A stretch of DNA of 64,000 nucleotides from an uncultured Peptostreptococcus sp. GTDB lineage: Bacteria; Bacillota; Clostridia; Peptostreptococcales; Peptostreptococcaceae. This document shows, piece after piece, positions 8,705 to 20,678 of the stretch. Below the pieces are notes generated by a model. It was not told where the DNA came from, made no database searches, and worked only from the letters and a program-made list of their open reading frames with translations. The first letter of the stretch is position 1, and each line of letters opens with the position of its first letter. The stretch is from the NCBI GenBank assembly GCA_963520775.1, contig CAUQSL010000007.1:3837-67836 (forward strand). The letters are read 5' to 3'. The position numbers and the translations under genes are program-made.

Positions 8705-8887
8705 CTAACTAAAAAATATAAACTCACTCTGTTCATTTAACACAAATTCACGTGTCTTATCACTAATCTCAACTAATATTTTTAGAACATTTTCAAAATT
8801 TTCTTCAGACTTTACTAAATCTAAGTTAGATTCCACTAGTTCTATGATTTTACTAAGTTCTTCTCTATTTTCTTTTGTGAATCCCAT
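8705..8887 (-). CDS. Small hypothetical protein (60 aa)
   Basis: ATG with GGAGGT RBS; lies between groEL and the terminator. Confidence 0.6.
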   Translation of the reverse strand: MGFTKENREELSKIIELVESNLDLVKSEENFENVLKILVEISDKTREFVLNEQSEFIFFS

Positions 8888-8933
8888 TTTACCACCTCCA
8901 TTTTTCATAATTCTATGGTATTGCAATTTTAAA

Positions 8934-11091
<2,158 letters not shown>

Positions 11092-11118
11092 TTAGCACTC
11101 ATTATTTAAGATTGCTAA
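11092..11118. promoter_or_regulatory. CIRCE element (HrcA operator)
   Basis: TTAGCACTC-N9-GATTGCTAA, one mismatch to consensus, just upstream of groES. Confidence 0.92.
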
Positions 11119-11468
11119 TAGTATACCCCTGAATTCTTAAAAAAAACTTAAACAATATATATATTATCCATTTAATATTTGCTATTAATTCTATCGCATA
11201 TTAGACACAAATATATACTTTTTTGCAAATAGGTTATAGATATTGAAATTACTAGCCTCTAGTAAATTTATACAAAAAGTTTAAAAAAACATTTAAGTTA
11301 ACTTTACACTAAAATTATCAACTTATGAATAACCTATTGATAAACCTATGAAAAAGAAAATATATTTGATAATGGTTAAAAATCAAGCAGTTCAACATAT
11401 TCAATAATAAATAGATATTAAACAAATAATAAATGTTATACAACTAAAATGATTCTTTACCCAAAATT

Positions 11469-11493
11469 AATCTACCAGCATAGCTGGTGGATT
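11469..11493. repeat. Isolated palindrome, possibly an IS200/IS605-type end hairpin
   Basis: AATCTACCAGC-ATA-GCTGGTGGATT; no adjacent tnpA. Confidence 0.35.
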
Positions 11494-11609
11494 CCTTTTA
11501 TTGTTATATATTTAAAAATGATAGTTAATCTGTTACAATAGATTAAATGACGTGAAATTTTGACATTTCAAAATCAATTCTACAGGTTTTTAAATAATGT
11601 CTTAATATA

Positions 11610-11835
11610 AAATCTTTTGCTATTCGTTAGCTGACTATCCATCTTCCAAGCTAATCTGAATCAAACTAGTTTATCATAAGAAAGGTATTTCCCTTTTTCG
11701 TGTTTAGTTGTGGTAAAATACACATGTTCCATAGTGATGACTCTTTTAGTTGATTGTTGATTTGACACCTAAATTCTACCGCAAAAGTATCACTATGGAT
11801 TTTTTATTTAATTGTTAAACTTGATTATATGATTA
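11610..11835 (-). mobile_element. Degraded IS30-family left end with a 5' transposase fragment
   Basis: From ATG 11732: MEHVYFTTTKHEKGKYLSYDKLV, then after a frameshift LIQISLEDG*SANE, resembling the IS30 N-terminal HTH (KGKHLS.EER..I...L..G.S...IAK). The start codon is inside a long inverted repeat CCATAGTGAT...ATCACTATGG. Confidence 0.65.
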
Positions 11836-11910
11836 ATACATTTTTAATTTTTATAATTTTTATATAATGTTTTTAAATTTTACCTCAATAATTTTATAGT
11901 TTTGCTAACC

Positions 11911-12786
11911 TTATTTTCCTATCTCCAACTCTCTTACATAATAAAATAGATATTGTTGTGCAAAACCTGCATCTTCACCAAAGAGGTCCATACCAAACTT
12001 TCTCATTTTAGGCAGACTCATGTCCTCTGCACCATAAAATTCCTGCATGACCCTCTTTACCCACACATCTACTGGAAAAGAATTATACTTTCTCATTCCA
12101 AATAGGGCTATACAGTCGGCAACCTTGGCCCCTACTCCCTTGAACTTCATAAGCTCCTTATGACACTTTTCATGGTCCATATCAAGGAAGGAATTCAAGT
12201 CAATATTCTCATCTATTACTGACCTTGTAGTATTATATATATACTTGTCCCTAAAGCCAGTCTTACAAGCTCTTAGGTCTTCTATACTTGCCTTGGCCAA
12301 CTCCTCTGGTCTAGGAAAGGCATAGTAGTTCTTGCCCTTGTAGCTACCTATCCTCTTCCCATACCTTTCTGAAATATTATTAATAGCCCTCTGTATCATA
12401 GGTATCCTATTATTTGACGATATTATAAACGAAATCAACATCTCCCAGCCATCTTGTTTTAAAATTCTTATACCTGGTCCAAATTCCACTGCCTTTTTCA
12501 AATTTTCATCATGCTTGGCTAGGTCCTTCTTTAGCACCCCATAATCCCTACCAAGGTCAAAATATTCATACCATATATTTTCAAAATCTTCTAGGTTGGT
12601 GTTGTCTATGTGGATAGAATCACCCTCTTTACTAACATTGATAACCCTATCCATGGCAACCCCTGTATACGATCCATCTTCTTGTCTAATCCACCTAAAA
12701 CATTGGCCACAATCAAATACGTGGGCAGGTTCAAAATCTTCTATATCCTCTAGTACAATCCCATTTTCAACTTCTCTTATCTTCAT
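11911..12786 (-). CDS. ogg: 8-oxoguanine DNA glycosylase
   Basis: FDCGQCFRW N-terminus; HhH-GPD motif KGVGAKVADC...FPVDVWV; AGFAQQYLF. Confidence 0.92.
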   Translation of the reverse strand: MKIREVENGIVLEDIEDFEPAHVFDCGQCFRWIRQEDGSYTGVAMDRVINVSKEGDSIHIDNTNLEDFENIWYEYFDLGRDYGVLKKDLAKHDENLKKAVEFGPGIRILKQDGWEMLISFIISSNNRIPMIQRAINNISERYGKRIGSYKGKNYYAFPRPEELAKASIEDLRACKTGFRDKYIYNTTRSVIDENIDLNSFLDMDHEKCHKELMKFKGVGAKVADCIALFGMRKYNSFPVDVWVKRVMQEFYGAEDMSLPKMRKFGMDLFGEDAGFAQQYLFYYVRELEIGK

Positions 12787-12849
12787 CTTAACAAACTCTC
12801 CTAAGAATTACCTAATCATAATTTTTCTTATTAATCATGTATATATGTA

Positions 12850-13150
12850 CCAATCATATACACTTATTTACTACCTGTCGTATTAGCTTATTCATATATT
12901 TATCATACACACTTATTTACTTCTTGTCGTATTAGCTTATTCATATATTTATCATATGCACTTATTTACTACTTGTTGTATGCACTTATTTACTACTTGT
13001 TGTATGCACTTATTAACTACTTGTCGTATGCACCTATTTACTACTTGTCGTATGAGCTTATTTATCTATTTATCATATGCACTTATTTACTATCTGTCGT
13101 ATGAGCTTATTTATCTATTTATCATATACACTTATTTATTACTTATCATA
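12850..13150. repeat. Tandem repeat, about 22-bp unit (CACTTATTTACTACTTGTYGTATG-like)
   Basis: More than 10 degenerate copies. Confidence 0.85.
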
Positions 13151-13282
13151 TAAATACTTATTCTCAAATTCAAGATTTTTTGCCACTAGTCTTTATATTA
13201 ATACGGTTCTTTACATAAAATATGAGTTAGTTCCTTTATATAAAAAGCAGCTATACATTAGTACAACTGCCCTACCTTGCTA

Positions 13283-13657
13283 CTAGCCATTAAGCCTATC
13301 TCTGAATTCATCAGGGCTTAAGACGTCTTCAATTTTTGCATTTACCTCTACAACCCTTAGTCCTGTCATGCTCATTACTTGCTCTTCAATTATTTCCTTA
13401 AGCTTCGTGTAGATATCCCTAGCATTTTTTCCAAATTCTAGCCATAATCTAAGGTCAACAGCTACTTCTTCTTCTCCAACTTCTACATTGATACCGCTAC
13501 TTTCATTGCCCCTACCAACTATTCCTGAAAAAGCTCCATTACTCTTAACTGTTGTAATTCCGTCTTGACCCTTAATAGCCATAGCTACTATCTTAGCTAT
13601 TACCTGTTCTTCAAATATTAACTTGCTCTTACTTTCTACATTATCCTTATATTCCAT
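13283..13657 (-). CDS. Asp23/Gls24 family envelope stress protein
   Basis: VIAKI...GINVEVGEEEVAVDL...MTGLRVVEVN. Confidence 0.9.
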   Translation of the reverse strand: MEYKDNVESKSKLIFEEQVIAKIVAMAIKGQDGITTVKSNGAFSGIVGRGNESSGINVEVGEEEVAVDLRLWLEFGKNARDIYTKLKEIIEEQVMSMTGLRVVEVNAKIEDVLSPDEFRDRLNG

Positions 13658-13689
13658 CCTTACACCTCACTATTAAACTTTTTGTACGC

Positions 13690-13935
13690 CTGTAATGGTA
13701 TTTGATTTCCTGTACTTGTATTTGTACCCATAGACTTCTATTTGTAACCATAGACTTGTATTTGTACTCCCTACTGGTACTTGCTTATATATACTGGTAC
13801 TGGTACTTGTACTCATATACTTATATTTGTAACCATAGACTTGTATTTGTACTCCCTACTGGTATTTGCTCACATATACTGGTTCTTGTACTTCTGTACT
13901 TGTATTGCTCACACATACTAGCATTTGTCCAAGTA
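13690..13935. repeat. Low-complexity tandem repeat region
   Basis: Recurring ACTTGTATTTGTACTCCCTACTGGTA and CCATAGACTT units. Confidence 0.75.
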
Positions 13936-13950
13936 ACTTTTACCCTATAG

Positions 13951-14445
13951 CTACTTTAACTTCCTAATTATTGTATCAAAAACACTTACAACAAATGGAT
14001 TCTGGTCAAATAACTGACCAATGATATTAGCTACAAGGACTACTAGGCTTATTACTAATGTTTTTAAAAAACCAATCCATAAAAATAAAATTGCAATTAT
14101 AATTCCAACTATGGTAGCTACAACTGTATTTGGTTTGTCCTCGTAGGCAGCTAGCAAGATTCCCTCTAGTTTTTCCACAAAAGTTTTCTTTTTAATATCT
14201 CCAATTAGTGGCTTTCTCTTTTCACCACTTGGTTTTTCTGAATATTCTTGCTTATAGGTAGGCTCTTCATAGGCCTGAGAATACGCTCTTTCAGGTTCTT
14301 CCTTTTTTACTTGTCTAGAAACACTGTCTTCAAATATTATCCTGGCTTTTGCAGGCTCAGTCTTGATAGTTGCCTCCTTGACAGGTTCATCCTGACTATC
14401 AAATATATCGTCAATGTCTTCAATATGGTAATTTTCATCTATCAT
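13951..14445 (-). CDS. DUF2273-like small membrane protein with an acidic N-terminal extension
   Basis: GIIIAILFLWIGFLKT hydrophobic motif; position between amaP-like and asp23-like genes. Confidence 0.7.
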   Translation of the reverse strand: MIDENYHIEDIDDIFDSQDEPVKEATIKTEPAKARIIFEDSVSRQVKKEEPERAYSQAYEEPTYKQEYSEKPSGEKRKPLIGDIKKKTFVEKLEGILLAAYEDKPNTVVATIVGIIIAILFLWIGFLKTLVISLVVLVANIIGQLFDQNPFVVSVFDTIIRKLK

Positions 14446-14457
14446 TTCGGCACCCCC

Positions 14458-15318
14458 TTACTTAACCCTTTTAGCCTTGCCCCTAATTTCAGTTCCAGTT
14501 TTGGATTTCTTCGGGGACTTCTTAGACTTGTTGTCCTTCTTCTTTTTTTCTACATCATAGAATTTAATGTTTATTTGATCTACCCTTTGGCCGATAAAGT
14601 TTTCAACTGCCTTGTGTAATTCTTCTTGAATCATATTAGTTAGACCTGTCATACCTATAGCCTGATCCCTGTTCACAGTGTAGTAGTCACCCTGACTGTC
14701 CTCAGGTCTCAGTTGAGCCTGACCCCTAGCATTGTTAACTTCTAGTGCAAGGTCTGCACCATGGTTTCCTATCTGGCTAGCATCACCCCCTGGGTTTTGT
14801 TCTGGATCAAGCTGGTCAAAATCGGACTCTTCTTGGTCTACACTGGCAAATACCTGGTCCTCAACAAGACCTTCCTCTATAAAGTATCTTGACTTCACAT
14901 ATTTTGTATAGTCAAGTCCACATTTTATATTTATTTTCACATCTGGATTTACTTCATTATTGTTTATGGCCTTGACGCTTATGTCCAGTTGGTCTATCTC
15001 TTCAATCTGGTCTGCAGCATGTCTGATAGTTCTTTCTATAGACTTGTCGGATATCCTGATACTACCCTCATCTTCAAATAAGACCACATAGCTATCATAT
15101 GACTTTTTAAATAGTATATATATTGCCCTTAAGCATGTTACTACCACAATCAAAACCACAAGTATATTTAATATCATAGTGTAGCTAGCATCCCTCCTGA
15201 TAGGACCTACAAAAGACTTCATAAATTCTAAATCGAATGCCATTGAATATAAGACTACCACTATACATACCAGAATCAAACAATAAACTAGATTTATAAT
15301 TTTTCTAAAATTAGACAT
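14458..15318 (-). CDS. AmaP-like alkaline shock response membrane anchor
   Basis: Two N-terminal TM segments, GSIRISDKSIE motif, basic tail ending KRVK; upstream of asp23. Confidence 0.7.
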   Translation of the reverse strand: MSNFRKIINLVYCLILVCIVVVLYSMAFDLEFMKSFVGPIRRDASYTMILNILVVLIVVVTCLRAIYILFKKSYDSYVVLFEDEGSIRISDKSIERTIRHAADQIEEIDQLDISVKAINNNEVNPDVKINIKCGLDYTKYVKSRYFIEEGLVEDQVFASVDQEESDFDQLDPEQNPGGDASQIGNHGADLALEVNNARGQAQLRPEDSQGDYYTVNRDQAIGMTGLTNMIQEELHKAVENFIGQRVDQINIKFYDVEKKKKDNKSKKSPKKSKTGTEIRGKAKRVK

Positions 15319-15468
15319 ATAATTTCTCCTAATATTATATCAATATTTACATATAAGTTCACAATTCTAGTTTAGCATATAAAGGACATAAAAAAAAGAT
15401 ATTTAAGATAAATAGGGAAATATATTTACAATTAATACATTTCCCTAAACTTAAATAAGATCTTCCTC

Positions 15469-16908
15469 TTACTTCCCACTTATTAACTTATATATTTTTT
15501 CTGCATTTTTATTTTTATCACCACTGATATAGACCAATTTATTCTTGAGCTTAATCCTTACAAGTGGCCTCTTAGCACTGTTGATATACAGGTCTATCCT
15601 GCCAGACTTCTTCCCCCTAAACCTACCTATATCAATTTCTCCCATACTTATTCCATTAGTCCTTATATAGTAATCCTCTTCCAAATCATCAACCATATCA
15701 AGGTTTAAAATATCTGACCTCCTAAAATCAGTCTCATACATTCCTGACTTTACACTTATCTGGTCCTTGTTGATCCTTACTATTACATTCTTATCGATAG
15801 GAACCAGACATATAATAAAAGTTCCCAGGATTATCAACAGAAGAACTATGTTTATTACTATAGCAGACTTCTTGGCCATATTAAATTCCTGGTTCATGCT
15901 ATTTAACCTACTAGGTACAAAAATTCTTTTGTCGTTCGGGTTGGAGTACCAACCCTTTCTCCAGTAATAGTCATCATCTACATATTCAATATTTTTGGCC
16001 TGACTAAGTATGTCATTCTTCTTAGTATTGATTATCTTGGCTACAAATACTACTACTATATTTGATATAACCAGTCCTCCTATATATATTCCAAAGTCTA
16101 TATCATATAACCAGACATTTTTATACAGCCTATAAAGTATATAGGCATTTGTTAAGAATACCATTATATCCCCTATTAGGCAGGCCCTGGACCAGTATAG
16201 CTTGTCTACCCTGTTGGCCATGTAGTTAATTTTACTGTCCTCACAGTATACCTGATTTTTTCTATCACCGTATATAATATGTATAAAAAGAAAGGATAGT
16301 GATATAGCTAGACCGATAGCTATAATTATCATACAAGCAAACCTAAAATCCTGATAGTCACTAGGTAGCATACCCTTGGTTACAGCCGTAAATATCTTTC
16401 CCCCTATTAGGCTATCTATCAACAAATGTGTATAGATAAGCATAAAAGGTAGGTGGACAAGTGGATGTATTTTAATTTTATCAACCATGCTAGATACACT
16501 AGTATCTATCTTTACCAGGCCAGATCCCTTTGTCAGCCATCCCTTGTCCTCCTTTAGCCTGTATATATCCCTCATACAAAATACGGAAATATACTGGTAG
16601 TAGGCAATTATAAATATAATCCAGGTCATATAGACTATTATGAATATGGTAAGGTTAATTAAAATCATCCCTAATGTAATAACTGATCCTCCAAACAGGA
16701 TTAATTTGAAAATATCTAACCTCTTTTTATACTTTTTAAGTAGGGCGACTAGGTCTAAGTCCTCTAGCCTGTCACGGTCTACATGCATACCTAAAATCAT
16801 ACCATTTTTATATTCCAAAATATTTCTTATTACCATACCAAATGCTAGATAGACGATAAGATTAGAAATACCAATTACAACTAATAACAATATATTCACA
16901 TTAAACAC
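15469..16908 (-). CDS. Multi-pass membrane protein (DUF5808-like, C-terminal PH-like domain)
   Basis: DDDYYWRKGWYSNPNDKRIFVPSR motif; RTNG...GRF C-terminal domain; downstream of GntR. Confidence 0.7.
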   Translation of the reverse strand: MFNVNILLLVVIGISNLIVYLAFGMVIRNILEYKNGMILGMHVDRDRLEDLDLVALLKKYKKRLDIFKLILFGGSVITLGMILINLTIFIIVYMTWIIFIIAYYQYISVFCMRDIYRLKEDKGWLTKGSGLVKIDTSVSSMVDKIKIHPLVHLPFMLIYTHLLIDSLIGGKIFTAVTKGMLPSDYQDFRFACMIIIAIGLAISLSFLFIHIIYGDRKNQVYCEDSKINYMANRVDKLYWSRACLIGDIMVFLTNAYILYRLYKNVWLYDIDFGIYIGGLVISNIVVVFVAKIINTKKNDILSQAKNIEYVDDDYYWRKGWYSNPNDKRIFVPSRLNSMNQEFNMAKKSAIVINIVLLLIILGTFIICLVPIDKNVIVRINKDQISVKSGMYETDFRRSDILNLDMVDDLEEDYYIRTNGISMGEIDIGRFRGKKSGRIDLYINSAKRPLVRIKLKNKLVYISGDKNKNAEKIYKLISGK

Positions 16909-16967
16909 CCCCTATTATCTAAACCCCTAAAAAAAGTCTAAAATTATCACCAAATACCTAGAGTTCC

Positions 16968-17354
16968 TTAAAACTCTTGGCAAGGCTCAAGACCTGCAAA
17001 GATCCTCTCACATATCTTCAGAAAATCTTCCTTATCCATCCCTTTAACACTGGCTTCAGCCATAAGTAGGGTCAAGTCTGACTCAAACTTCTCCTCAAAG
17101 TCCTTGTCAACCCTTTGGCTTTTAGATACAAATGCACCAGACCTCCTATCTATCTCTATAAAGCCCTCTGTCTTCAAAATCTGGTAGGTCTTATTGACAG
17201 TCATGGTATTGATGCCAGCATCCTTGGCCATCTGCCTAACAGTTGGCAGGCTCTCACCCGGCTTCAATTCACCCCTACCTATGCCCAGGACTATCTGGTT
17301 TCTTAGCTGGACATAAATAGGTATACTAGACGATGTGTCTAAAGAAATAATCAT
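16968..17354 (-). CDS. GntR family regulator, YtrA subfamily
   Basis: PIYVQL...LPTVRQMA...INTMTVNKTY wHTH; 128 aa. Confidence 0.92.
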   Translation of the reverse strand: MIISLDTSSSIPIYVQLRNQIVLGIGRGELKPGESLPTVRQMAKDAGINTMTVNKTYQILKTEGFIEIDRRSGAFVSKSQRVDKDFEEKFESDLTLLMAEASVKGMDKEDFLKICERIFAGLEPCQEF

Positions 17355-17392
17355 ATTAGTTCCTCCTATCTCAAACTACAAGTTACATGTTT

Positions 17393-17637
17393 TATTATTT
17401 TATAAGTCTTTTTTGTATCACTATATATAATACTTAATTCGTATTATTTTATAAGCCTTCTTTGTATTGACATATATACTACTTAATTTGTATTATTTTA
17501 TAAGCCTTCTTTGTATTGATATATATAATACTTAATTTGTATTATTTTATAAGCCTTCTTTGTATTGATATATATAATACTTAATTCGTATTATATTATA
17601 AGTCTTATTTGTATTATAATATATGATACTTAGTTTG
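17393..17637. repeat. Five tandem 49-bp repeats in the gntR leader
   Basis: Units start at 17393, 17442, 17491, 17540, 17589 (TATTATTTTATAAGCCTTCTTTGTATTGATATATATAATACTTAATTTG). Confidence 0.92.
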
Positions 17638-17674
17638 TATTATTAATTATAATACAAACTACACTATAATTCAA
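17631..17674 (-). promoter_or_regulatory. SigA promoter overlapped by a palindromic GntR/YtrA-type operator
   Basis: TTGAAT-N17-TATAAT on the minus strand; perfect 13-bp arms TAGTTTGTATTAT-N5-ATAATACAAACTA (17631-17661). Confidence 0.75.
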
Positions 17675-17729
17675 GTCACTTTTACTAGCTTTACAGCTTC
17701 TTTTTTAGGTCTACTTAAAATCTCCTTAC

Positions 17730-17775
17730 AAAAAAAACACCATACCTATGACCTTTTTGTCATAAATATGGCGTC
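17730..17775 (-). terminator. Probable intrinsic terminator downstream of xpt
   Basis: CACCATA..TATGAC/GTCATA..TATGGCG stem with U-tract on the minus strand. Confidence 0.55.
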
Positions 17776-18052
17776 TTATTTCTCTACCTTATTTTATATT
17801 CTTGACCATATATTAATTGTGTGGTGGCGAATAGATTTCAATATGTTCTGGCAAATCTTAATATCTACCGTCAAATTGTAATATTCATCACCATCTATAT
17901 CAGTCATAAGATATACTTATCTACATTGCTTAAAAATATATCTATTTACTTTGCTTGAGAGTTTCCAATTTTATATTTATAAGCCTTTTTTCATGCTTAC
18001 AATAAAAATTTATTACATTGTGAACCTATTTTCTTATGTATAACTATAAAAT

Positions 18053-18622
18053 TTATTCAAAAATAACTGAATTATTTTCAAAAGCCTTGATCATGGCCTG
18101 GCTATATACATCATAACCCTGGTCTCTGAAAATCTTTCCTCCATCTTGGAAAGTTTTTTCTATAGCTATACCTATTCCCGCCACCTGAGCTCCAGCCTGG
18201 TTACATAGAGAAACAAGTCCTTTTAAAGCCTGACCTGTAGCAAGGAAGTCATCTATTATCAATACCTTGTCGCCAGCTGACAAGAAATTTCTATCAACTT
18301 TAATATCGTATTCTTTTTTCTTTGTATATGATACAACCTTACTCGTGTAGGCATCTTCTGCTAAAGTCAGAGATGCTGTCTTTTTTGCAAAAACTAGTGG
18401 CACCTTAAAATATGTAGCTGCTGCAAAGGCTATTGCTATACCTGACACCTCTAGTGTTAGTATCCTGGTAATACCCTTGTCCTTGAAATGCTCATAATAA
18501 TCCTTGCCCATTTCCATAAATAGGTTTGCATCTATCTGGTGGTTTAAGAAGTTATCAACCTTCAATATATTACCATCGAGTATCCTACCCCTTTTTAGTA
18601 TCATATCTTCTAGTAATTTCAT
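18053..18622 (-). CDS. xpt: Xanthine phosphoribosyltransferase
   Basis: LKVDNFLNHQID; PRPP motif VLIIDDFLATG. Confidence 0.95.
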   Translation of the reverse strand: MKLLEDMILKRGRILDGNILKVDNFLNHQIDANLFMEMGKDYYEHFKDKGITRILTLEVSGIAIAFAAATYFKVPLVFAKKTASLTLAEDAYTSKVVSYTKKKEYDIKVDRNFLSAGDKVLIIDDFLATGQALKGLVSLCNQAGAQVAGIGIAIEKTFQDGGKIFRDQGYDVYSQAMIKAFENNSVIFE

Positions 18623-18739
18623 TATTTTCCTCCTGTTCCTTAGAACTATTTTTATTCTTGCCCACTTAGGCCTATATTTTTGATTATCTGTATCTCTGTT
18701 TCTTCTTTCCTAGGGCCTTATCATTGATTAATTAATTAT

Positions 18740-20101
18740 TTATTTAAGACCTTTTTTCCTATCAACCAAAACAATATTTAATATCAAGGCTGCTAGAGTA
18801 CCTGTTGAAATACCAGATGATAAGATCATTTTTAGAGCATTTGGTAATCCCTGTAATATTTCAGGCTTGACTGTTACACCTACACCTAGGGCAAAGGCAA
18901 CTGATATTATCAATAACTCACGATCACCCAATTCAATCGTTGCTAGTGTCTTTATACCCTGAGCTGCTACTAATCCAAACATTATTACTCCAACTCCTCC
19001 CAAAACTGGAGATGGCATTACTGCAATTAGGGCACTTAACTTAGGAAAGACCCCTAGTATAGCTAGTATTATACCTGCTATTATCATCACATGTCTACTA
19101 GCCACCTTAGTAAGGGTGATTAGGCCTACATTTTGCGAAAAGGCTGTATTAGGACCCGCCCCAAATAGGCCTGATATCATAGAACCTACTCCATCACATA
19201 ATACACCGGCAGCAGCTCTGTCACTATCGATTTTTTCCCTTGATGCTTCTCCTATGGCCATCATTATACCAACGGTACCTATAGTGGAAACAACATAGGC
19301 AGGCACAAAAGAAAGTGTAGATGCTAAGTCAAAATGAAATCCATATCGTAATATGTTTGGTACTGCTATCCAATCAGCACTTGCTACAGATTTTAGGTCT
19401 ACCATTCCTAAAGGTATACATACCATATATCCAAATACCATTCCAATAAATACAGCCGCTGTTGACAACATACCCCTACCAAAGTGGTTTAAAAATAAAG
19501 TAAATAACATAATTACAAAGGCAACAGATATATTTTTTATAGATCCGTAGTCAGCCGCACCTACACCACCTGCTGCCCAGTCTATACTAACTGGTAATAG
19601 GGTAATACCTATCAGGGATACAACCGTACCCGTGATCAGTGGTGGGAAAAACTTCATAAGTGGCTTAATAAATCTGCTCAGTATTATTTCAACCAAAGAT
19701 CCAGTAATAGTGGCAGCCACTATACCAGCTATACCGAACTTGGCACCAACACTGATAGATGGATTTACAAAGGTGAAATCAGTACCCATCATACCTGAAA
19801 CCCTTGAACCTATAGGTCCTAACCCCTTTGACTGCAATATAGTAGTAATTCCAGATGCAAATATTGTTGCACCTACCATCAAACTAGTCTGTTCAACGCT
19901 TAATTTCAAGGCTGTACAAACAACAAGGGGTACGGCTATTATACCTGCAAAGGCTGCTAGTATATGCTGTAGGGCTAATAGGATAGATACACCCATTGGT
20001 GGTTTCGACTCTATCGAATACTTGAGTTCATCCATAGTCTTAAATTCGTCTTTTTGATCTTTTTGGTCTTTTTGGTCCATTTTTACATTAATATCTTCCA
20101 T
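18740..20101 (-). CDS. pbuX: NCS2 xanthine/uracil permease
   Basis: LQH motif, FPPLITG, signature FSQNVGLITLTKVASR. Confidence 0.9.
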   Translation of the reverse strand: MEDINVKMDQKDQKDQKDEFKTMDELKYSIESKPPMGVSILLALQHILAAFAGIIAVPLVVCTALKLSVEQTSLMVGATIFASGITTILQSKGLGPIGSRVSGMMGTDFTFVNPSISVGAKFGIAGIVAATITGSLVEIILSRFIKPLMKFFPPLITGTVVSLIGITLLPVSIDWAAGGVGAADYGSIKNISVAFVIMLFTLFLNHFGRGMLSTAAVFIGMVFGYMVCIPLGMVDLKSVASADWIAVPNILRYGFHFDLASTLSFVPAYVVSTIGTVGIMMAIGEASREKIDSDRAAAGVLCDGVGSMISGLFGAGPNTAFSQNVGLITLTKVASRHVMIIAGIILAILGVFPKLSALIAVMPSPVLGGVGVIMFGLVAAQGIKTLATIELGDRELLIISVAFALGVGVTVKPEILQGLPNALKMILSSGISTGTLAALILNIVLVDRKKGLK

Positions 20102-20206
20102 TTTTTCCTCCTCAAATTACTGATTAGCTAATATTACACAATAAAGATTTTTATAAAATAAAAACAGACCCTACTCAGTAGCGAGTCAGAAGTCTTCAAA
20201 GTTCTA

Positions 20207-20271
20207 ACTCATAGACTATAGTTTAAGGCTATAGGTAGAAACACCCCACCATATTAGGGGCTTATATGAGT
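20207..20271 (-). ncRNA. Purine riboswitch, guanine type
   Basis: ACTCATA-TAA-GCCCC-TAATATGG..GTTTCTAC-CTATAG-CCTTAAA-CTATAG-TC-TATGAGT; C at the discriminator position; followed by a terminator-like stem and U-tract (about 20158-20195). Confidence 0.93.
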
Positions 20272-20441
20272 ATGTATGTTTTTATAATTAACTATTATAT
20301 CGAAAAAGACGAAGATTGTCACCACCTTAGAGAAATATTATTCATTATGGTGGGAAATTTTGTTTGTAATTTCCTTTTTTACTAAGCTACTTTATATTCT
20401 TTCAAATCAGGTACTTTTCATTGCAAATAAGCATAAGATGT

Positions 20442-20470
20442 TTGACATATTGCCAGCATTATGATATATT
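20442..20470 (+). promoter_or_regulatory. SigA promoter for the putative antitoxin RNA
   Basis: TTGACA-N17-TATATT with extended TG. Confidence 0.7.
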
Positions 20471-20476
20471 TTAATT

Positions 20477-20592
20477 AATAAAAGGAGGAGAATTAAAACT
20501 CCCCTCCTAGCAATCCGTTAAAGACGGTGGTTTATATATGATTATTTTTAAAAAATAACCGTAACTCGCCAAAGTTAGACGGTTATTTTTTT
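20477..20592 (+). ncRNA. Putative type I antitoxin sRNA (about 115 nt)
   Basis: Promoter upstream, no ORF, ends in AAATAACCGT..ACGGTTATTTTTTT terminator overlapping the toxin stop codon. Confidence 0.6.
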
Positions 20593-20678
20593 GTAATTAA
20601 ATCTTTAATTGCCTTTATACAACTTGGAATACTTATTAGTATGCCGATTATACGAAGGACAATCTCTAATTTAAACAA
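20583..20678 (-). CDS. Putative type I toxin peptide MFKLEIVLRIIGILISIPSCIKAIKDLITKK (31 aa)
   Basis: TTG start with AGAAAGGAG RBS; hydrophobic core and Lys-rich tail; own promoter TTGTTG-N17-TACAAT near 20774-20802. Confidence 0.65.
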   Translation of the reverse strand: MFKLEIVLRIIGILISIPSCIKAIKDLITKK

